Of a DNA stretch of 64,000 nt, positions 53,614-64,000 are shown one piece after another (within the stretch, counting starts at the first letter, position 1; every line of letters begins with the position of its first letter). The DNA lies in the NCBI GenBank assembly GCA_041640575.1, contig JBEPZZ010000003.1, forward strand, positions 39,709 to 103,708, read 5' to 3'. This DNA is from Pseudothermotoga sp. (GTDB lineage Bacteria > Thermotogota > Thermotogae > Thermotogales > DSM-5069). The position numbers and the translations under genes are program-made. Under the pieces are notes generated by a model. That model was not told the origin of the DNA. It did not search any database and worked only from the letters and a program-made list of their open reading frames with translations.

Positions 53614-54363
53614 TCACCATGGTGTCAATATTTCTGCCCCATCTTTCCTAACAACCACGGTGTGCTCAAAATGTGCACTCCTCTTTCCATCTGCCATGAC
53701 GACAGTCCATCCGTCATTCAAGAGTTTTGTCTCAAAATTGCCTTCACAAGCCATGACTTCAACTGCGAGGGTCATACCCTCGACCAAAGTCCTTCCACTT
53801 CCTGCCTGACCAAAATTTGGTATTTCTGGTTCCTCATGCAATTGCCTTCCTATACCATGTCCAACATAATCTCTTAAAACATTAAAACCATAAGCTTCTA
53901 CTGTACTCTGAATTGCATGAGAAATATCACCAATTCTTGCGCCTGGTTTTACAAATTCTATAGCCTTGAATAGTGCTTGTTTTGTAGCCTGAACTAGTTT
54001 TAACCCAACATCATCAATTTCATTGACTATGTAAGTTACGGCTGCATCACCATAGTAGTTGTTATAAACTGCTCCGACATCTATCGAAACTATATCACCT
54101 TTTTTAAATACCTTTTTCTTAAGTGGCGAACCATGAAGTACTTCGGAGTTAACTGAAACACAAGTGGCATATCTATACCCTCTGTAACCTTTGAAAGCTG
54201 GTTTTACTCCTAGTTCTCTAAACCTTTCAAGAACATATCCCTCAATATCATACGCATTATTTCCTTCACGTACGAGGTCTTTGACTTCTCTTAACACAGT
54301 TGCAACTGCATTGCATGCAATTCGCATATCTGCAATTTCCTTTTCAGACTTAATTCTTACCAC
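53614..54363 (-). CDS. map: Methionine aminopeptidase type I
   Basis: CVSVN..V.HG, GDIVSIDVG, YYGD, GHGIG..LHEEP, SAHFEHT. Confidence 0.97.
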   Translation of the reverse strand: MVRIKSEKEIADMRIACNAVATVLREVKDLVREGNNAYDIEGYVLERFRELGVKPAFKGYRGYRYATCVSVNSEVLHGSPLKKKVFKKGDIVSIDVGAVYNNYYGDAAVTYIVNEIDDVGLKLVQATKQALFKAIEFVKPGARIGDISHAIQSTVEAYGFNVLRDYVGHGIGRQLHEEPEIPNFGQAGSGRTLVEGMTLAVEVMACEGNFETKLLNDGWTVVMADGKRSAHFEHTVVVRKDGAEILTPW

Positions 54364-55015
54364 TTTTTCTCACCTTATCTAGGATGCTAAGAACATTCTT
54401 TAAAAGAACATCGTGTTCACAATCAGAATCAACCTTTATCAGGAGATTCCGACTCTCATAAAAGTTAATAAGTGGTTGTGTTAATTGTCCATAGATCTTG
54501 TATCTGTTTCGTACAACGTCTTCTTTATCATCGTCGCGAGTAATAAGTTTTACGTTACAAATATCGCAGGTTTCGTCTTGTTTCGGTGGCATAGATATCA
54601 TGTTGTAGATTCGACCACATTTTGGGCAGATCCGTCTATTTGTTAATCTCTTTACAACGGCTTCTTCTGAGATTTCCAAGTAAATAACTGCGTCGATTGC
54701 TTTACCCATGCTTCCAAGACTTTTTTCGAGAAACTGCGCTTGAGCTATAGTACGTGGATAACCGTCAAGAATGAATCCACTGAGGCTATCTTCCTTTTTC
54801 AACCTTTCCTCAACAACTTGATTCACTATTTCATCCGGTACAAGCTTGCCGGAGGCCAAAATATTTTGGACAACCTTCCCCAGCTCTGTGCCAGCAGCCA
54901 CGGCTTCCCTAAATAAATCCCCTGTAGAAATATGAGGGACTTTAAGTTCCTTACAAAGATCCTTCGCGAGCGTACCCTTTCCAGCACCTGGAGGACCAAG
55001 CAGTATGATTTTCAT
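54350..55015 (-). CDS. adk: Adenylate kinase (Zn-binding LID)
   Basis: GPPGAGKGT, HISTGDLFR, LDGYPRT, CPKC...CDIC. Confidence 0.97.
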   Translation of the reverse strand: MKIILLGPPGAGKGTLAKDLCKELKVPHISTGDLFREAVAAGTELGKVVQNILASGKLVPDEIVNQVVEERLKKEDSLSGFILDGYPRTIAQAQFLEKSLGSMGKAIDAVIYLEISEEAVVKRLTNRRICPKCGRIYNMISMPPKQDETCDICNVKLITRDDDKEDVVRNRYKIYGQLTQPLINFYESRNLLIKVDSDCEHDVLLKNVLSILDKVRKSGKN

Positions 55016-55018
55016 AAA

Positions 55019-56299
55019 TCATATCTTCCCTTTCTTCACAAAACCTTCGTAATGCCTCATTATCATATGAGCTTCCATTTGTTGTACAACATCTAGGGCA
55101 ACGCCAACTGCGATCAGTGTCGAGGTACCACCAATAACTATATCAACCTTAGAAACAGCTTCAACAAAATGTGGTAAAAGCGCTATAACAACAAGGAATA
55201 TTGCCCCCATGAATGTAACTTTGTTAACGACTCTTTGAATATGATCTTCTGTCGGTTTTCCTGGTCTTATGCCTGGTATGAAGCCTCCATACTTTTTGAT
55301 GTTCTCAGAAACTTCGTGTGGATCAAAGACAATAACACTGTAAAAATAGGTAAAGAAGAAAACTAGAAGTCCGTAAATGGTTATGTACAAAGGACTACCA
55401 GCGCCGAAGAATTTCTGAAAACCAGACCATCCTAACATCTGAGCAATAGCAGCAGGTATCATGACTATTGCACTTGCAAAGATTATCGGTATAACGCCGG
55501 CTTGATTAACTTTGACTGGTATGTACGTGGAAGCCCCACCGTAAACTCTGCGACCGGTTATTCGAGTCGCATACTGGATTGAGATTCTGCGTTCAGCCTG
55601 CTGGACATAAACTATACCAGCTACCGTTACGAGAGCAATTGCAATCAAAAACACCCAACCAAAAAGGTTCAATCTGCCAAGTAAAATTCGACCGAAATAG
55701 TTTGGGTACCTTGCAACAATACCGGCAAAAATAAGAACTGATATCCCGTTTCCAATTCCCTTTTCAGTTATACGGTCACCCAACCAAAGTAGAAACATCG
55801 TGCCAGTGAGCATTGTAATTGTAGAAATTATAACAAAAACCATTGGATGTAAGCCGTAAGAAACAATATCGGGACTTTGTCTGACAAGACTGAATGACAC
55901 AGCAAATGACTGAAATGCACCTAGAACTATGGTCAAGTTTCTCGTGTATTTGGCGAACTTTTTTCTGCCTTCTTCTCCTTCTCGAAGCATTTCTCGAAGA
56001 CTAGGTATAACCGAGGATAAAAGTTGAAGCACAATCGAGGCGTTTATGTAAGGCGTGACACTCATTGCAAAGATCGAAAAATTTTCCAGTGCTCCACCCG
56101 TGAAAACGTCATAAAAGCTTAGTATACCGCCAACAGCACCTTCACCAAATCTTTTGAACGCTTCAGCCCATGCCATTATGTTGATTCCTGGTATTGGTAT
56201 GTAAATTCCGAATCTGAAAACTATTAAAACCGCTACAGTAAACAATATCCTATCCCTTAATTCCTTTATCTTGAAGGCATTTTGCAGTGCTTTCCACAC
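55019..56299 (-). CDS. secY: Preprotein translocase subunit SecY
   Basis: PYINASI, GIGNGIS, AGVIPIIFA, FIPGIRPG, GGTSTLI. Confidence 0.97.
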   Translation of the reverse strand: MWKALQNAFKIKELRDRILFTVAVLIVFRFGIYIPIPGINIMAWAEAFKRFGEGAVGGILSFYDVFTGGALENFSIFAMSVTPYINASIVLQLLSSVIPSLREMLREGEEGRKKFAKYTRNLTIVLGAFQSFAVSFSLVRQSPDIVSYGLHPMVFVIISTITMLTGTMFLLWLGDRITEKGIGNGISVLIFAGIVARYPNYFGRILLGRLNLFGWVFLIAIALVTVAGIVYVQQAERRISIQYATRITGRRVYGGASTYIPVKVNQAGVIPIIFASAIVMIPAAIAQMLGWSGFQKFFGAGSPLYITIYGLLVFFFTYFYSVIVFDPHEVSENIKKYGGFIPGIRPGKPTEDHIQRVVNKVTFMGAIFLVVIALLPHFVEAVSKVDIVIGGTSTLIAVGVALDVVQQMEAHMIMRHYEGFVKKGKI

Positions 56300-56749
56300 C
56301 TAAATCACCTCAGCCTTGCCACCCGCTGCTTCAATAGCCCTTTTTGCCCGTTCACTAAAAGCATGAGCCCTTACTATAAGAGGTTTACTCAGCTCACCAT
56401 TACCAAGTATTTTGATCCCATCCTTAATCTTTTTGACTATCCCCATTTCCAAAAGACGTTCTGGAGTAACTTCTTCGTTTGAAGAGAATCTTTCTTCTAG
56501 GGTTCTGAGATTCACAACTGAGTATTCCTTATGCGTGAAACTTTTGAACCCAACCTTAGGCAACCTTCTGTGCAGTGGTGTTTGTCCACCTTCCAGCCAT
56601 AAATGTACTTTTCCAGAACCACGTGCCTTTTGGCCTTTATGACCTCTTCCAGCTGTTTTCCCATATCCAGAACCTATTCCCCTACCAAGTCTTTTTGGTT
56701 TTTTAATAGCACCTGGCGTCGGTCTGAGATCTTCGAGTCTCATTGTCAT
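56300..56749 (-). CDS. rplO: 50S ribosomal protein L15
   Basis: [32 protein letters not shown]. Confidence 0.97.
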   Translation of the reverse strand: MTMRLEDLRPTPGAIKKPKRLGRGIGSGYGKTAGRGHKGQKARGSGKVHLWLEGGQTPLHRRLPKVGFKSFTHKEYSVVNLRTLEERFSSNEEVTPERLLEMGIVKKIKDGIKILGNGELSKPLIVRAHAFSERAKRAIEAAGGKAEVI

Positions 56750-56751
56750 TA

Positions 56752-56943
56752 TTATTCCTCCTTTTCTATTTCCTTTACTTCCACCAAATGCCTAATTTTC
56801 TCTATCATTCCTCTGATCTGAGGTGTATCATTTTTGATAACTTTGTCGTGAATTTTTTTAAGTCCAAGAGCTTTAACAGTTTCACGTTGATCGGGTTTGT
56901 AGCCTATTGGACTTTTCACAAGTTCTATCTGAACCTTACGCAT
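56752..56943 (-). CDS. rpmD: 50S ribosomal protein L30
   Basis: LVKSPIG, LGLKK, IRGMI..I.HLV. Confidence 0.96.
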   Translation of the reverse strand: MRKVQIELVKSPIGYKPDQRETVKALGLKKIHDKVIKNDTPQIRGMIEKIRHLVEVKEIEKEE

Positions 56944-57484
56944 TCTTACGACCTCCTTGGCCGTAAAGTACTTGACCTATTGAAATGTCTCTTAACCTGG
57001 CAGATTTTTCAGGTGGTACCAAGCTTTTCAAAGCATTCATAGTCGCAATTGCAAGGTTAACCGAATTCGATGAACCAAGAGATTTTGTTAGAGCATTTTG
57101 TACACCAGCAAGTTCTAGTACAGCTCTTACAATTGCACCAGCAATTATCCCTGTACCAGGTGCTGCTGGTTTTATCAACACTTTGGACGCATCTTGTTTG
57201 CCTTCAGTCTCGTGTGGAATTGTATGTTTGTAAAGCGGGACCTCTATCATCGAGCTTTTTGCGGCTGAGATTGCTTTCTTGATTGCATCAGGTACTTCTC
57301 TTGCTTTTCCAAGTCCTATTCCAACCTTGCCTTTTCTGTTTCCAACAACAGCGAGAACTCTAAAGCTAAGTGTCTTACCGCCTTTAGTAACCTTTGCCGT
57401 TCTTCTTATTTCAACTATTCTTTCTTCTATTTCCGCTGATTCTTGTTTTTCGATTTCTTCTTCAAGAATATGCTCCATCTTCAA
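56936..57484 (-). CDS. rpsE: 30S ribosomal protein S5
   Basis: [30 protein letters not shown]. Confidence 0.97.
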   Translation of the reverse strand: MKMEHILEEEIEKQESAEIEERIVEIRRTAKVTKGGKTLSFRVLAVVGNRKGKVGIGLGKAREVPDAIKKAISAAKSSMIEVPLYKHTIPHETEGKQDASKVLIKPAAPGTGIIAGAIVRAVLELAGVQNALTKSLGSSNSVNLAIATMNALKSLVPPEKSARLRDISIGQVLYGQGGRKNA

Positions 57485-57493
57485 CCACCCTCC

Positions 57494-57862
57494 TTAGAAC
57501 TTTAATCCAGTTTCTCTCGCTGCATCGGCAAGAGCTTTAACACGACCATGGAACTTAAAACCACCACGGTCGAAAACAACCTGAGTAATACCCATGGCAA
57601 GCGCTCGCTTGGCAATTAGCTTTCCAACTTCTTTTGCAGCATCTATGTTATACGTTTTCGAAAGTTTGCCAGACAACTCTCGATCTAAGGTAGAAGCTGA
57701 GGTAAGAGTATGACCAACAGTATCATCTATAATCTGGGCATAAATGTGTTTTTCACTTTTGTAAACACATAATCTCGGTCTTTCTGGTGTTCCATGAATC
57801 TTCTTTCTTATGCTTGCGTGTCTTTTCTTTCTTTTGAGTTTTGCATCTTCCTTCTTAATCAC
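57494..57862 (-). CDS. rplR: 50S ribosomal protein L18
   Basis: [28 protein letters not shown]. Confidence 0.97.
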   Translation of the reverse strand: MIKKEDAKLKRKKRHASIRKKIHGTPERPRLCVYKSEKHIYAQIIDDTVGHTLTSASTLDRELSGKLSKTYNIDAAKEVGKLIAKRALAMGITQVVFDRGGFKFHGRVKALADAARETGLKF

Positions 57863-57876
57863 AGTTCATGCCTCCT

Positions 57877-58431
57877 TTATGCTTTCTTACCTTCCTTGCG
57901 TCTTATTAATTCACCTTTGTATACAATTCCTTTCCCGGTGTAAACATTTGGTTCCCTTACTCTTCTAATCTCAGCGGCAAATTGACCTACCTTTTGTTTA
58001 TCGGCACCCTTAACTACTATTACGGTTGGAGAAGGGGTCTCAACGGAAAGTCCTTCTGGTACGTCCATAACAACAGGATGTGTATAACCAACTTGTAGGG
58101 ACAGTTTTTTCCCTTGCATTTGAGCCCTATAGCCAATACCAACTATTTCCAGCTGCTTTTCATAACCACCTGTTACACCAACAATCATATTTCTGATGAG
58201 CGACCAATAAGTTCCCTGGTGCATACTCAACGTTTTCCTCATTGATGTGCGTATCAAGGCATTCTCATTCTGTTTCACATAGACTTTTCCCTCATCTATG
58301 GATACAGTAACATATGGCGATAAATGTTGTTCTAAGGTGCCTTTTGGACCTTTAACGATTACTTTGTTATCTTTTAATTCAACATGTACGTTTGGCGGAA
58401 TTAATATAGGTCTTCTGCCTAGCTTTGACAT
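57877..58431 (-). CDS. rplF: 50S ribosomal protein L6
   Basis: VKGPKG, GIGYRA, DKQKVGQFAA, YTGKGI.Y; ATG 58431 follows AAGGAGG. Confidence 0.97.
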   Translation of the reverse strand: MSKLGRRPILIPPNVHVELKDNKVIVKGPKGTLEQHLSPYVTVSIDEGKVYVKQNENALIRTSMRKTLSMHQGTYWSLIRNMIVGVTGGYEKQLEIVGIGYRAQMQGKKLSLQVGYTHPVVMDVPEGLSVETPSPTVIVVKGADKQKVGQFAAEIRRVREPNVYTGKGIVYKGELIRRKEGKKA

Positions 58432-58444
58432 AGTTACTACCTCC

Positions 58445-58849
58445 TTACCATACATAGGCTATGACTTCGCCGCCTATTCCAAGACTTCGTGCTTCCTTAT
58501 CGGTGAGAATACCTTTAGAAGTCGTAAGTATTGCAATACCTATTCCATTTCTAACTTTTGGAATTCTATCTTTTGCGACGTAAATCCGTCTACCTGGTTT
58601 AGAAACCCTTACAATTCCTTTGATAACTCTTTCGCGGCTTCTTCTTTGCCCCTTGTACTTTAACTGTATTCTAAGAATTCCTTGTTTACCGTCCTCTATG
58701 TACTTGAAATCTTGGATGAAGCCTTCTCGCTTGAGAATTTCGCATATAGCTTTCTTCATCTTTGAGGCGGGAACATCTACAAAATCTTTCATTACTGCGT
58801 TTGCGTTCCTAATTCGAGTTAGCATATCAGCTATCGGGTCACTCCACAT
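58445..58849 (-). CDS. rpsH: 30S ribosomal protein S8
   Basis: [25 protein letters not shown]. Confidence 0.98.
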   Translation of the reverse strand: MWSDPIADMLTRIRNANAVMKDFVDVPASKMKKAICEILKREGFIQDFKYIEDGKQGILRIQLKYKGQRRSRERVIKGIVRVSKPGRRIYVAKDRIPKVRNGIGIAILTTSKGILTDKEARSLGIGGEVIAYVW

Positions 58850-58863
58850 TGCTTTCCCTCCCT

Positions 58864-59049
58864 TTACCAACTAGCTTTTTTGACACCAGGGAGTTTTCCT
58901 TCCAGTGCCATTTTTCTGAAGCAAACTCTGCACAATCCAAATTCCCTATAAACTGACTTAGGCCTTCCACACATTTTGCATCTAGTATATTCTCTGACTT
59001 TGAATTTCTTTTCTTTTTTCCATCTTTCTATGATTCCTTTTCTTGGCAT
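58864..59049 (-). CDS. rpsZ: 30S ribosomal protein S14 type Z
   Basis: 61 aa; RCKMCGR...[15 protein letters not shown]. Confidence 0.97.
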   Translation of the reverse strand: MPRKGIIERWKKEKKFKVREYTRCKMCGRPKSVYREFGLCRVCFRKMALEGKLPGVKKASW

Positions 59050-59062
59050 TGTGTACCTCCTC

Positions 59063-59614
59063 TCATCGTTTGAAAGGCAAGCCTAGAAGCTCCAGTAGTT
59101 TGCGAGCTTCCTGGTCTGTTCGCGCCGTTGTAACTATTGTTATGTCCATTCCTTGGGCTCTAGGAGATTGATCGGGAGTGATCTCTGGAAAAACATATTG
59201 TTCAGTTAATCCAAAAGTATAGTTGCCATGACCGTCGAATGAATTTGGATTCAAACCACGGAAGTCTCTAACCTTTGGAAGAACAATATTTGCGAGTTTG
59301 TACAAGAAATTCCACATCCTTGGACCACGTAACGTCACCTTAAGACCTATGTTCATACCTTTTCTGATCTTGAAGTTTGAAATGCTTTTCTTTGCCTTAG
59401 TTATAACTGGTTTTTGGCCAGCTATAGCTGCCAGTTCCTGAAGATGTCTGTTCAGTAGATCGGGGTTTCTTGCTCCTTCTCCTATTCCCATGTTTATGAC
59501 TATCTTCTCGATCTTTGGCACCTGATGGATGTTCTTATAGTCAAACTCTTTTTTCAGAGCTGGTATCACTTCATTTAAATATTTTTCCTTTAGAGGAACA
59601 TAATTAGCGTTCAT
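59063..59614 (-). CDS. rplE: 50S ribosomal protein L5
   Basis: [31 protein letters not shown]. Confidence 0.98.
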   Translation of the reverse strand: MNANYVPLKEKYLNEVIPALKKEFDYKNIHQVPKIEKIVINMGIGEGARNPDLLNRHLQELAAIAGQKPVITKAKKSISNFKIRKGMNIGLKVTLRGPRMWNFLYKLANIVLPKVRDFRGLNPNSFDGHGNYTFGLTEQYVFPEITPDQSPRAQGMDITIVTTARTDQEARKLLELLGLPFKR

Positions 59615-59628
59615 TCTTGAATTCCTCC

Positions 59629-59946
59629 TCACGCCTTGTCAATTATTTCGCCACATTTCTTACAAACTCTCACCTTGCTAGAATCTTCCAAAAATTTCAT
59701 ACCGATTCGCGTTGGCTTATCGCAATTAGGGCAAACCAGCATGACTTTTGAAGCGTAAATAGGAGCTTCTCTTTCAATTATTCCACCCTCTCGAAGTTGA
59801 GGAATCGGTCTTTGATGTTTTTTAACTATGTTCACACCTTGAACTATAATCTTTCCTTCTTTTGGCATGACAGCAAGTACTTTTCCACGTTTACCTTTAT
59901 CCTTGCCTGAAAGGACTACCACAAGATCGTCTTTCTTTATCCTCAT
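59629..59946 (-). CDS. rplX: 50S ribosomal protein L24
   Basis: KOW motif [22 protein letters not shown]. Confidence 0.97.
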   Translation of the reverse strand: MRIKKDDLVVVLSGKDKGKRGKVLAVMPKEGKIIVQGVNIVKKHQRPIPQLREGGIIEREAPIYASKVMLVCPNCDKPTRIGMKFLEDSSKVRVCKKCGEIIDKA

Positions 59947-59968
59947 ATTTCTACCACCTTCCAGTATC

Positions 59969-60337
59969 TCATAATACTTCTGGCGCAAGAGAAACTATTT
60001 TCATGTAACCTTTCTCGCGAATTTCTCGAGCTACTGGTCCAAACACTCTCGTGCCTCTTGGCTCGTTGAATTTGTCAAGCAAAACGGCAGCGTTGTCATC
60101 AAATCTTATGTAAGTGCCATCTGGTCTTCGAACAGGTTTCTTAGTTCGGACGATGACAGCTCTCACAACTTCCCCTTTCTTGATACCAGTATTTGGAATG
60201 ACGTCTCTTACAGAGCAAACCACTATGTCCCCAACTGTTCCGTATTTTTTGTGGAATCCACCAAGAATATGAATAACTCTCAGTTTTCTGGCACCGGAAT
60301 TGTCAGCAACATTCAGATAAGTTTCTTTCTGAATCAT
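59969..60337 (-). CDS. rplN: 50S ribosomal protein L14
   Basis: [35 protein letters not shown]. Confidence 0.98.
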   Translation of the reverse strand: MIQKETYLNVADNSGARKLRVIHILGGFHKKYGTVGDIVVCSVRDVIPNTGIKKGEVVRAVIVRTKKPVRRPDGTYIRFDDNAAVLLDKFNEPRGTRVFGPVAREIREKGYMKIVSLAPEVL

Positions 60338-60618
60338 GCGTTCTCACTCTCCTCGGGCGTCTCTACCAACAACTTGGCCTCCTGCCCAAGAATTCTTACC
60401 AATCGCCATCTTTTTGTTTTACTAAGAGGTCTGCACTCTTCGATTTCAACAACATCGCCTATCTTGCTTTGATTGAATTCATCATGTACATGATATTTCC
60501 TGGACCTTTCTACGACCTTTCCATAAGTTGGGTGCTGAAAGCGTCTTGTTACTCTAACAACTATTGTTTTATTCATTTTATCGCTTACAACAACACCGAT
60601 CAATTTTCTCTTTGCCAT
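60334..60618 (-). CDS. rpsQ: 30S ribosomal protein S17
   Basis: [25 protein letters not shown]. Confidence 0.97.
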   Translation of the reverse strand: MAKRKLIGVVVSDKMNKTIVVRVTRRFQHPTYGKVVERSRKYHVHDEFNQSKIGDVVEIEECRPLSKTKRWRLVRILGQEAKLLVETPEESENA

Positions 60619-60623
60619 GTCTT

Positions 60624-60824
60624 TTACCTCCTTATTCCGAGTTCTCTCTCGCGAAGAAGTGTTTTGATTCTTGCTATGTCGCGTTTCACCTCATTCAAAA
60701 GTGAGGTATTACTCAATTGTCCCATTGCATGCTGAAATCTTAGTTCCATAAAATATCTCTTTTTCTCTTCTAGCAACTTTTTCAATTCTTCATCTGTATG
60801 ATTCCTTAGTTCAGATGATTTCAT
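60624..60824 (-). CDS. rpmC: 50S ribosomal protein L29
   Basis: LRFQ...[13 protein letters not shown]. Confidence 0.96.
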   Translation of the reverse strand: MKSSELRNHTDEELKKLLEEKKRYFMELRFQHAMGQLSNTSLLNEVKRDIARIKTLLRERELGIRR

Positions 60825-61249
60825 GCCGGTTCACCCCCGAACGAGGTTCTGGAAACCACTTTTGTGGGGATAGGTAACTTTGCAGCAGCATATTCAAGGG
60901 CTTCCTTTGCAGTTTGTTCGTCTACTCCTGCAACTTCATAAATGATTTTTCCTGGTTTTACGACACTGACCCATCCTTCAACATTACCTTTACCCTTACC
61001 TTGTCTAGTTTCAGCAGGTTTCTTTGTGTATGGTTTATCTGGGAAAACCCTAATCCATACTTTTCCGGACTTTTTTAATACACGCATGATAGCAATTCTT
61101 CCAGCTTCAATTTGCTGCGCGGTCAACCAAGCAGGACCTAATGCTTTCAAACCCCATTCACCAAATGCAACCGTTGTTCCACCTTTGGCTTCTCCGCACA
61201 TTCTCCCTCGTTGCTGTTTTCTGTATTTAACTCTTTTCGGCATCAACAT
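60821..61249 (-). CDS. rplP: 50S ribosomal protein L16
   Basis: [25 protein letters not shown]. Confidence 0.98.
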   Translation of the reverse strand: MLMPKRVKYRKQQRGRMCGEAKGGTTVAFGEWGLKALGPAWLTAQQIEAGRIAIMRVLKKSGKVWIRVFPDKPYTKKPAETRQGKGKGNVEGWVSVVKPGKIIYEVAGVDEQTAKEALEYAAAKLPIPTKVVSRTSFGGEPA

Positions 61250-61267
61250 AGTAGAAACCTCCTCGTG

Positions 61268-61897
61268 TCAAATATCGGCGTCACCTTTGTAAATCCAAAC
61301 TTTTATCCCGATTGTTCCATACTTTGTTTTTGCAGTAGCTGTGCCGTAGTCGATTGCTGCTCTGACTTTTTGTAAGGGTAAGCGACCACTTAAATACCAT
61401 TCCCTGCGAGCTATTTCAGCACCGGCGAGTCTGCCAGACACCATTACTTTCACGCCTAATGCGCCTTTTCTCAGGGCATCGGTAATTGCTCTTTTCATTG
61501 CTCTTTTGTAAGATGCTCGTTTTTCAATCCTACCTGCAATTGCCTCAGCGACAAGCCTTGCATCAGTCTCGGGCGTTTTAATCTCCTCTACATTTATCAC
61601 AACGCGCCTATTTAGAGTCTTTTCAAGATCCTCTCTGAGCTTACCGATTTCTGCGCCTTTTTTACCTATGATCATTCCAGGCCTAGCTGTTTTAATGGTG
61701 ATTGTTATAGCCTCGTTTCCCGGTCTTTCAACAAAGACTTCGCTAATTCCAGCTTGGCTATAAATTGCTCTAACAGCATTTCTTACTTTTTCGTCTTCTT
61801 CCAACCAGTTGGCATAATCTTTCTCGTTAAACCATCTGGCCTGCCAATCAGTACTTATTCCGAGTCTAAATCCTTTAGGATGCACCTTCTGACCCAC
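61268..61897 (-). CDS. rpsC: 30S ribosomal protein S3
   Basis: [31 protein letters not shown]. Confidence 0.98.
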   Translation of the reverse strand: MGQKVHPKGFRLGISTDWQARWFNEKDYANWLEEDEKVRNAVRAIYSQAGISEVFVERPGNEAITITIKTARPGMIIGKKGAEIGKLREDLEKTLNRRVVINVEEIKTPETDARLVAEAIAGRIEKRASYKRAMKRAITDALRKGALGVKVMVSGRLAGAEIARREWYLSGRLPLQKVRAAIDYGTATAKTKYGTIGIKVWIYKGDADI

Positions 61898-61909
61898 CGT
61901 ATCACCTCT

Positions 61910-62329
61910 CTAAACTTTCGTCTCTAATGTTCCGAGCTTCACGGTTATGTGACACATTCGTTTTTGTATTATATCGGCTCTTCCACGACCGCGATACCAT
62001 ATTCTTTTCATGCGCGGTCCATCGTTTACGACACAATTTGTAACATAAAGTGAGCTAACATCAAGCTTAGCATTGTTCTCCGCGTTTGCCACAGCAGATT
62101 TTAGAACTCCTTCTACCAGTCGTGCAGCCTTTTTTGGTGACATTTCTAGTATTTGTAATGCTTGAAGCACCGGTTTTCCTCTTATGGCATTAACAACACT
62201 TCTCACTTTCCTAGGAGATGATCTCAAGAATCTTCCAGTTGCTCTAATTTCGATTTTACCTGGTTTTTCTTCTTGCTGCCTCTTTTGAACAGACCTTTTT
62301 GGTCTTTTTTTATTTGTTTCAGCGGGCAT
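61910..62329 (-). CDS. rplV: 50S ribosomal protein L22 with a basic N-terminal extension
   Basis: [31 protein letters not shown]. Confidence 0.96.
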   Translation of the reverse strand: MPAETNKKRPKRSVQKRQQEEKPGKIEIRATGRFLRSSPRKVRSVVNAIRGKPVLQALQILEMSPKKAARLVEGVLKSAVANAENNAKLDVSSLYVTNCVVNDGPRMKRIWYRGRGRADIIQKRMCHITVKLGTLETKV

Positions 62330-62344
62330 TTGCTTCTTCCCTCC

Positions 62345-62632
62345 TTATTTGACCTGTCCCTTCGTTGCCGCTTTCTTCTCGGCGTGACCACCAAATCTTC
62401 TGGTTGGTGCAAATTCGCCGAGTCTGTGTCCAACCATGTTCTCAGTTATGTAAACTGGTATATGTTTTAAACCGTTATGAACTGCAATCGTGTGTCCAAC
62501 CATTTCAGGAACAATAGTTGAAGCTCTGCTCCAAGTTTTTATAATCTTTTTTTCACCCGTTTCATTCAGCATTCTTATTTTTTTCAGCAACTTCGGGTCA
62601 ACAAAAGGCCCCTTCTTTTTTGATCGAGACAT
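62345..62632 (-). CDS. rpsS: 30S ribosomal protein S19
   Basis: [24 protein letters not shown]. Confidence 0.98.
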   Translation of the reverse strand: MSRSKKKGPFVDPKLLKKIRMLNETGEKKIIKTWSRASTIVPEMVGHTIAVHNGLKHIPVYITENMVGHRLGEFAPTRRFGGHAEKKAATKGQVK

Positions 62633-62649
62633 CTGTTTGCCACACCTCC

Positions 62650-63477
62650 TTATGCTTCATTGCGTCTTCTGACTATGAATCTATCCGAAGGTCTCTTACC
62701 ACGTCTAGTCTTGTAACCTTTAGTTGGAACTCCCCATGGAGTGACTGGATGCTGACCTTTACCTCTACCTTCACCACCACCCATCGGATGGTCAACAGGA
62801 TTCATCACCATACCCCTGACATGAGGTCGGCGCCCTTTCCACCTGGTTCTACCAGCTTTTCCATCAATCTCGTTTTTGTGATCTTCGTTTCCTACAACAC
62901 CAATCGTGGCGTAACACTTAACATGAATTTTTCTCAGTTCGCCAGATGGCATCCTAAGCAAGGCGTAATCCCCTTCTTTTGCCATCAGCTGGCAATAACT
63001 ACCTGCTGCTCTGGCTATCTTTCCACCAGTACCTGGACGAAATTCTATGTTGTGAACCAAAGTACCTAGAGGTATTTTTTCCAAAGGCAAGGCGTTCCCT
63101 GGCCTAATTTCCGCATCTGGTCCACTCATTACAATGTCGCCTACTTGCAAACCTTTTGGTGCAAGTATGTACCGACGTTCGCCATCTGCATAAAGGAGCA
63201 AAGCTATTCTTGCAGTTCTATTAGGATCGTACTCTATTGCTTCTACCTTTGCTGGAACACCTATTTTCTCTCGCTTAAAATCTATAATTCTATACATTCG
63301 TTTGTGTCCGCCGCCCCTGAATCTGACGGTTATTCGACCGTTGTGATTTCTTCCACCTGTTTTTTTCAATGGAACTACAAGAGACTTCTCGGGTTCAATT
63401 TTTGTTATCTCCTCGAAGTCTGGTATCAGCATGAATCGTCTCCCGGGAGTTATTGGTTTGAATTTCTTAAGGCCCAT
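62650..63477 (-). CDS. rplB: 50S ribosomal protein L2
   Basis: [30 protein letters not shown]. Confidence 0.98.
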   Translation of the reverse strand: MGLKKFKPITPGRRFMLIPDFEEITKIEPEKSLVVPLKKTGGRNHNGRITVRFRGGGHKRMYRIIDFKREKIGVPAKVEAIEYDPNRTARIALLLYADGERRYILAPKGLQVGDIVMSGPDAEIRPGNALPLEKIPLGTLVHNIEFRPGTGGKIARAAGSYCQLMAKEGDYALLRMPSGELRKIHVKCYATIGVVGNEDHKNEIDGKAGRTRWKGRRPHVRGMVMNPVDHPMGGGEGRGKGQHPVTPWGVPTKGYKTRRGKRPSDRFIVRRRNEA

Positions 63478-63496
63478 AGTTTTTTCACCTCGCTTA

Positions 63497-63796
63497 TTAC
63501 TGGCCTTCGAGTTCCTTGATTGTATAGCCTTCCGCTAAGGTCACTATTGCTTTTTTCCAAGCACTTGTCCTTCCTTCAAACATACCTCTTCGTTTCGGTT
63601 TCGATTTGACAGTCGACACATTTACATCTTTCACCTTAACATTAAAAACAGTTTCCACAGCATGCTTTATCATATTCTTATTTGCAGAAGGGTGAACTTC
63701 AAAGACGTACTGATTGTAAGCTCTTAGATTTGTGCTCTTTTCCGTAATAAGAGGTCTCACAAGGATGTCATAAGCTGTTAATTTTTCAGCTTTCAT
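63497..63796 (-). CDS. rplW: 50S ribosomal protein L23
   Basis: [20 protein letters not shown]. Confidence 0.97.
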   Translation of the reverse strand: MKAEKLTAYDILVRPLITEKSTNLRAYNQYVFEVHPSANKNMIKHAVETVFNVKVKDVNVSTVKSKPKRRGMFEGRTSAWKKAIVTLAEGYTIKELEGQ

Positions 63797-64000
63797 TTGA
63801 GCACCTCCTCAATTTTCGTAACGGTGTCTCTTGTCAGGACAAGTTTTTCGTGGTTTATTATATCGTACACGTTAAGCCCATCTATTCGTAAGACGTTTTC
63901 GTTTGTATGACTTACCCCGGGGTTATCAGCAATTATTACCTTGACATTATCAAGGTTAGCAGCTGAAAGTTTTACGTTCTCGTATTCTGAAGCCTTCCAC
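63793..64000 (-). CDS. rplD: 50S ribosomal protein L4, C-terminal part (partial)
   Basis: Manual translation ...[21 protein letters not shown]...[18 protein letters not shown]...EEVLK*; ATGA overlap with rplW. Confidence 0.92.
   Translation of the reverse strand, partial: WKASEYENVKLSAANLDNVKVIIADNPGVSHTNENVLRIDGLNVYDIINHEKLVLTRDTVTKIEEVLK

Noticed and set aside
55016..55030. SecY ends abruptly at KKGKI, 3 nt before adk
   Set aside because: All TM segments and the C-terminal HYEGF motif are intact; tail-length variation is common.
51773..59049. Zn-ribbon forms of S4, L36, S14 and the Adk LID
   Set aside because: Expected ancestral state, common in thermophiles; not novel.
1..64000. CRISPR arrays, IS elements, integrases, prophage or defence genes
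   Set aside because: No regularly spaced repeats, terminal inverted repeats, recombinase or phage-like ORFs were seen; intergenic gaps are all short and accounted for.

Overview
Core-rich 64-kb chromosomal window, probably from a Thermotogota bacterium and likely Pseudothermotoga-like. This is inferred from gene order, the L4 insert, the N-extended L22 and GGAGGTGA-type Shine-Dalgarno (SD) sites. From left to right it holds: an oligogalacturonide/pectin operon (togB-togM-togN, GH28, kduI, GH105 partial) just downstream of tRNA-Cys; uraA with a PyrR-type RNA hairpin covering its SD; a stand-alone PurH N-terminal (IMP cyclohydrolase-like) gene and comF; two tandem Opp/Dpp ABC systems; murD-ftsW-murG-murC; eda plus a tripartite tricarboxylate transporter; cinA followed by a che/fli/flh cluster ending in fliA and three hypothetical genes; rho-glk-phosphoesterase-LarE-like PP-loop-mfd; and the S10-spc-alpha ribosomal superoperon from rplD (partial) to rplQ. 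No CRISPR array, IS element, integrase, prophage or rRNA was seen. The most unusual signals are four genes whose best SD-supported start is non-canonical (CTG for purH-N, cinA and flhG; ATA for fliO), a PyrR-like translational switch on uraA, a Prp-protease-like LQLF|A motif in the FlhB N-terminus, a degenerate stand-alone PurH domain, and large insertions in OppF and OppC. Many starts are moved from the ORF track to the SD-supported codon. All calls come from reading the sequence; no searches were run.
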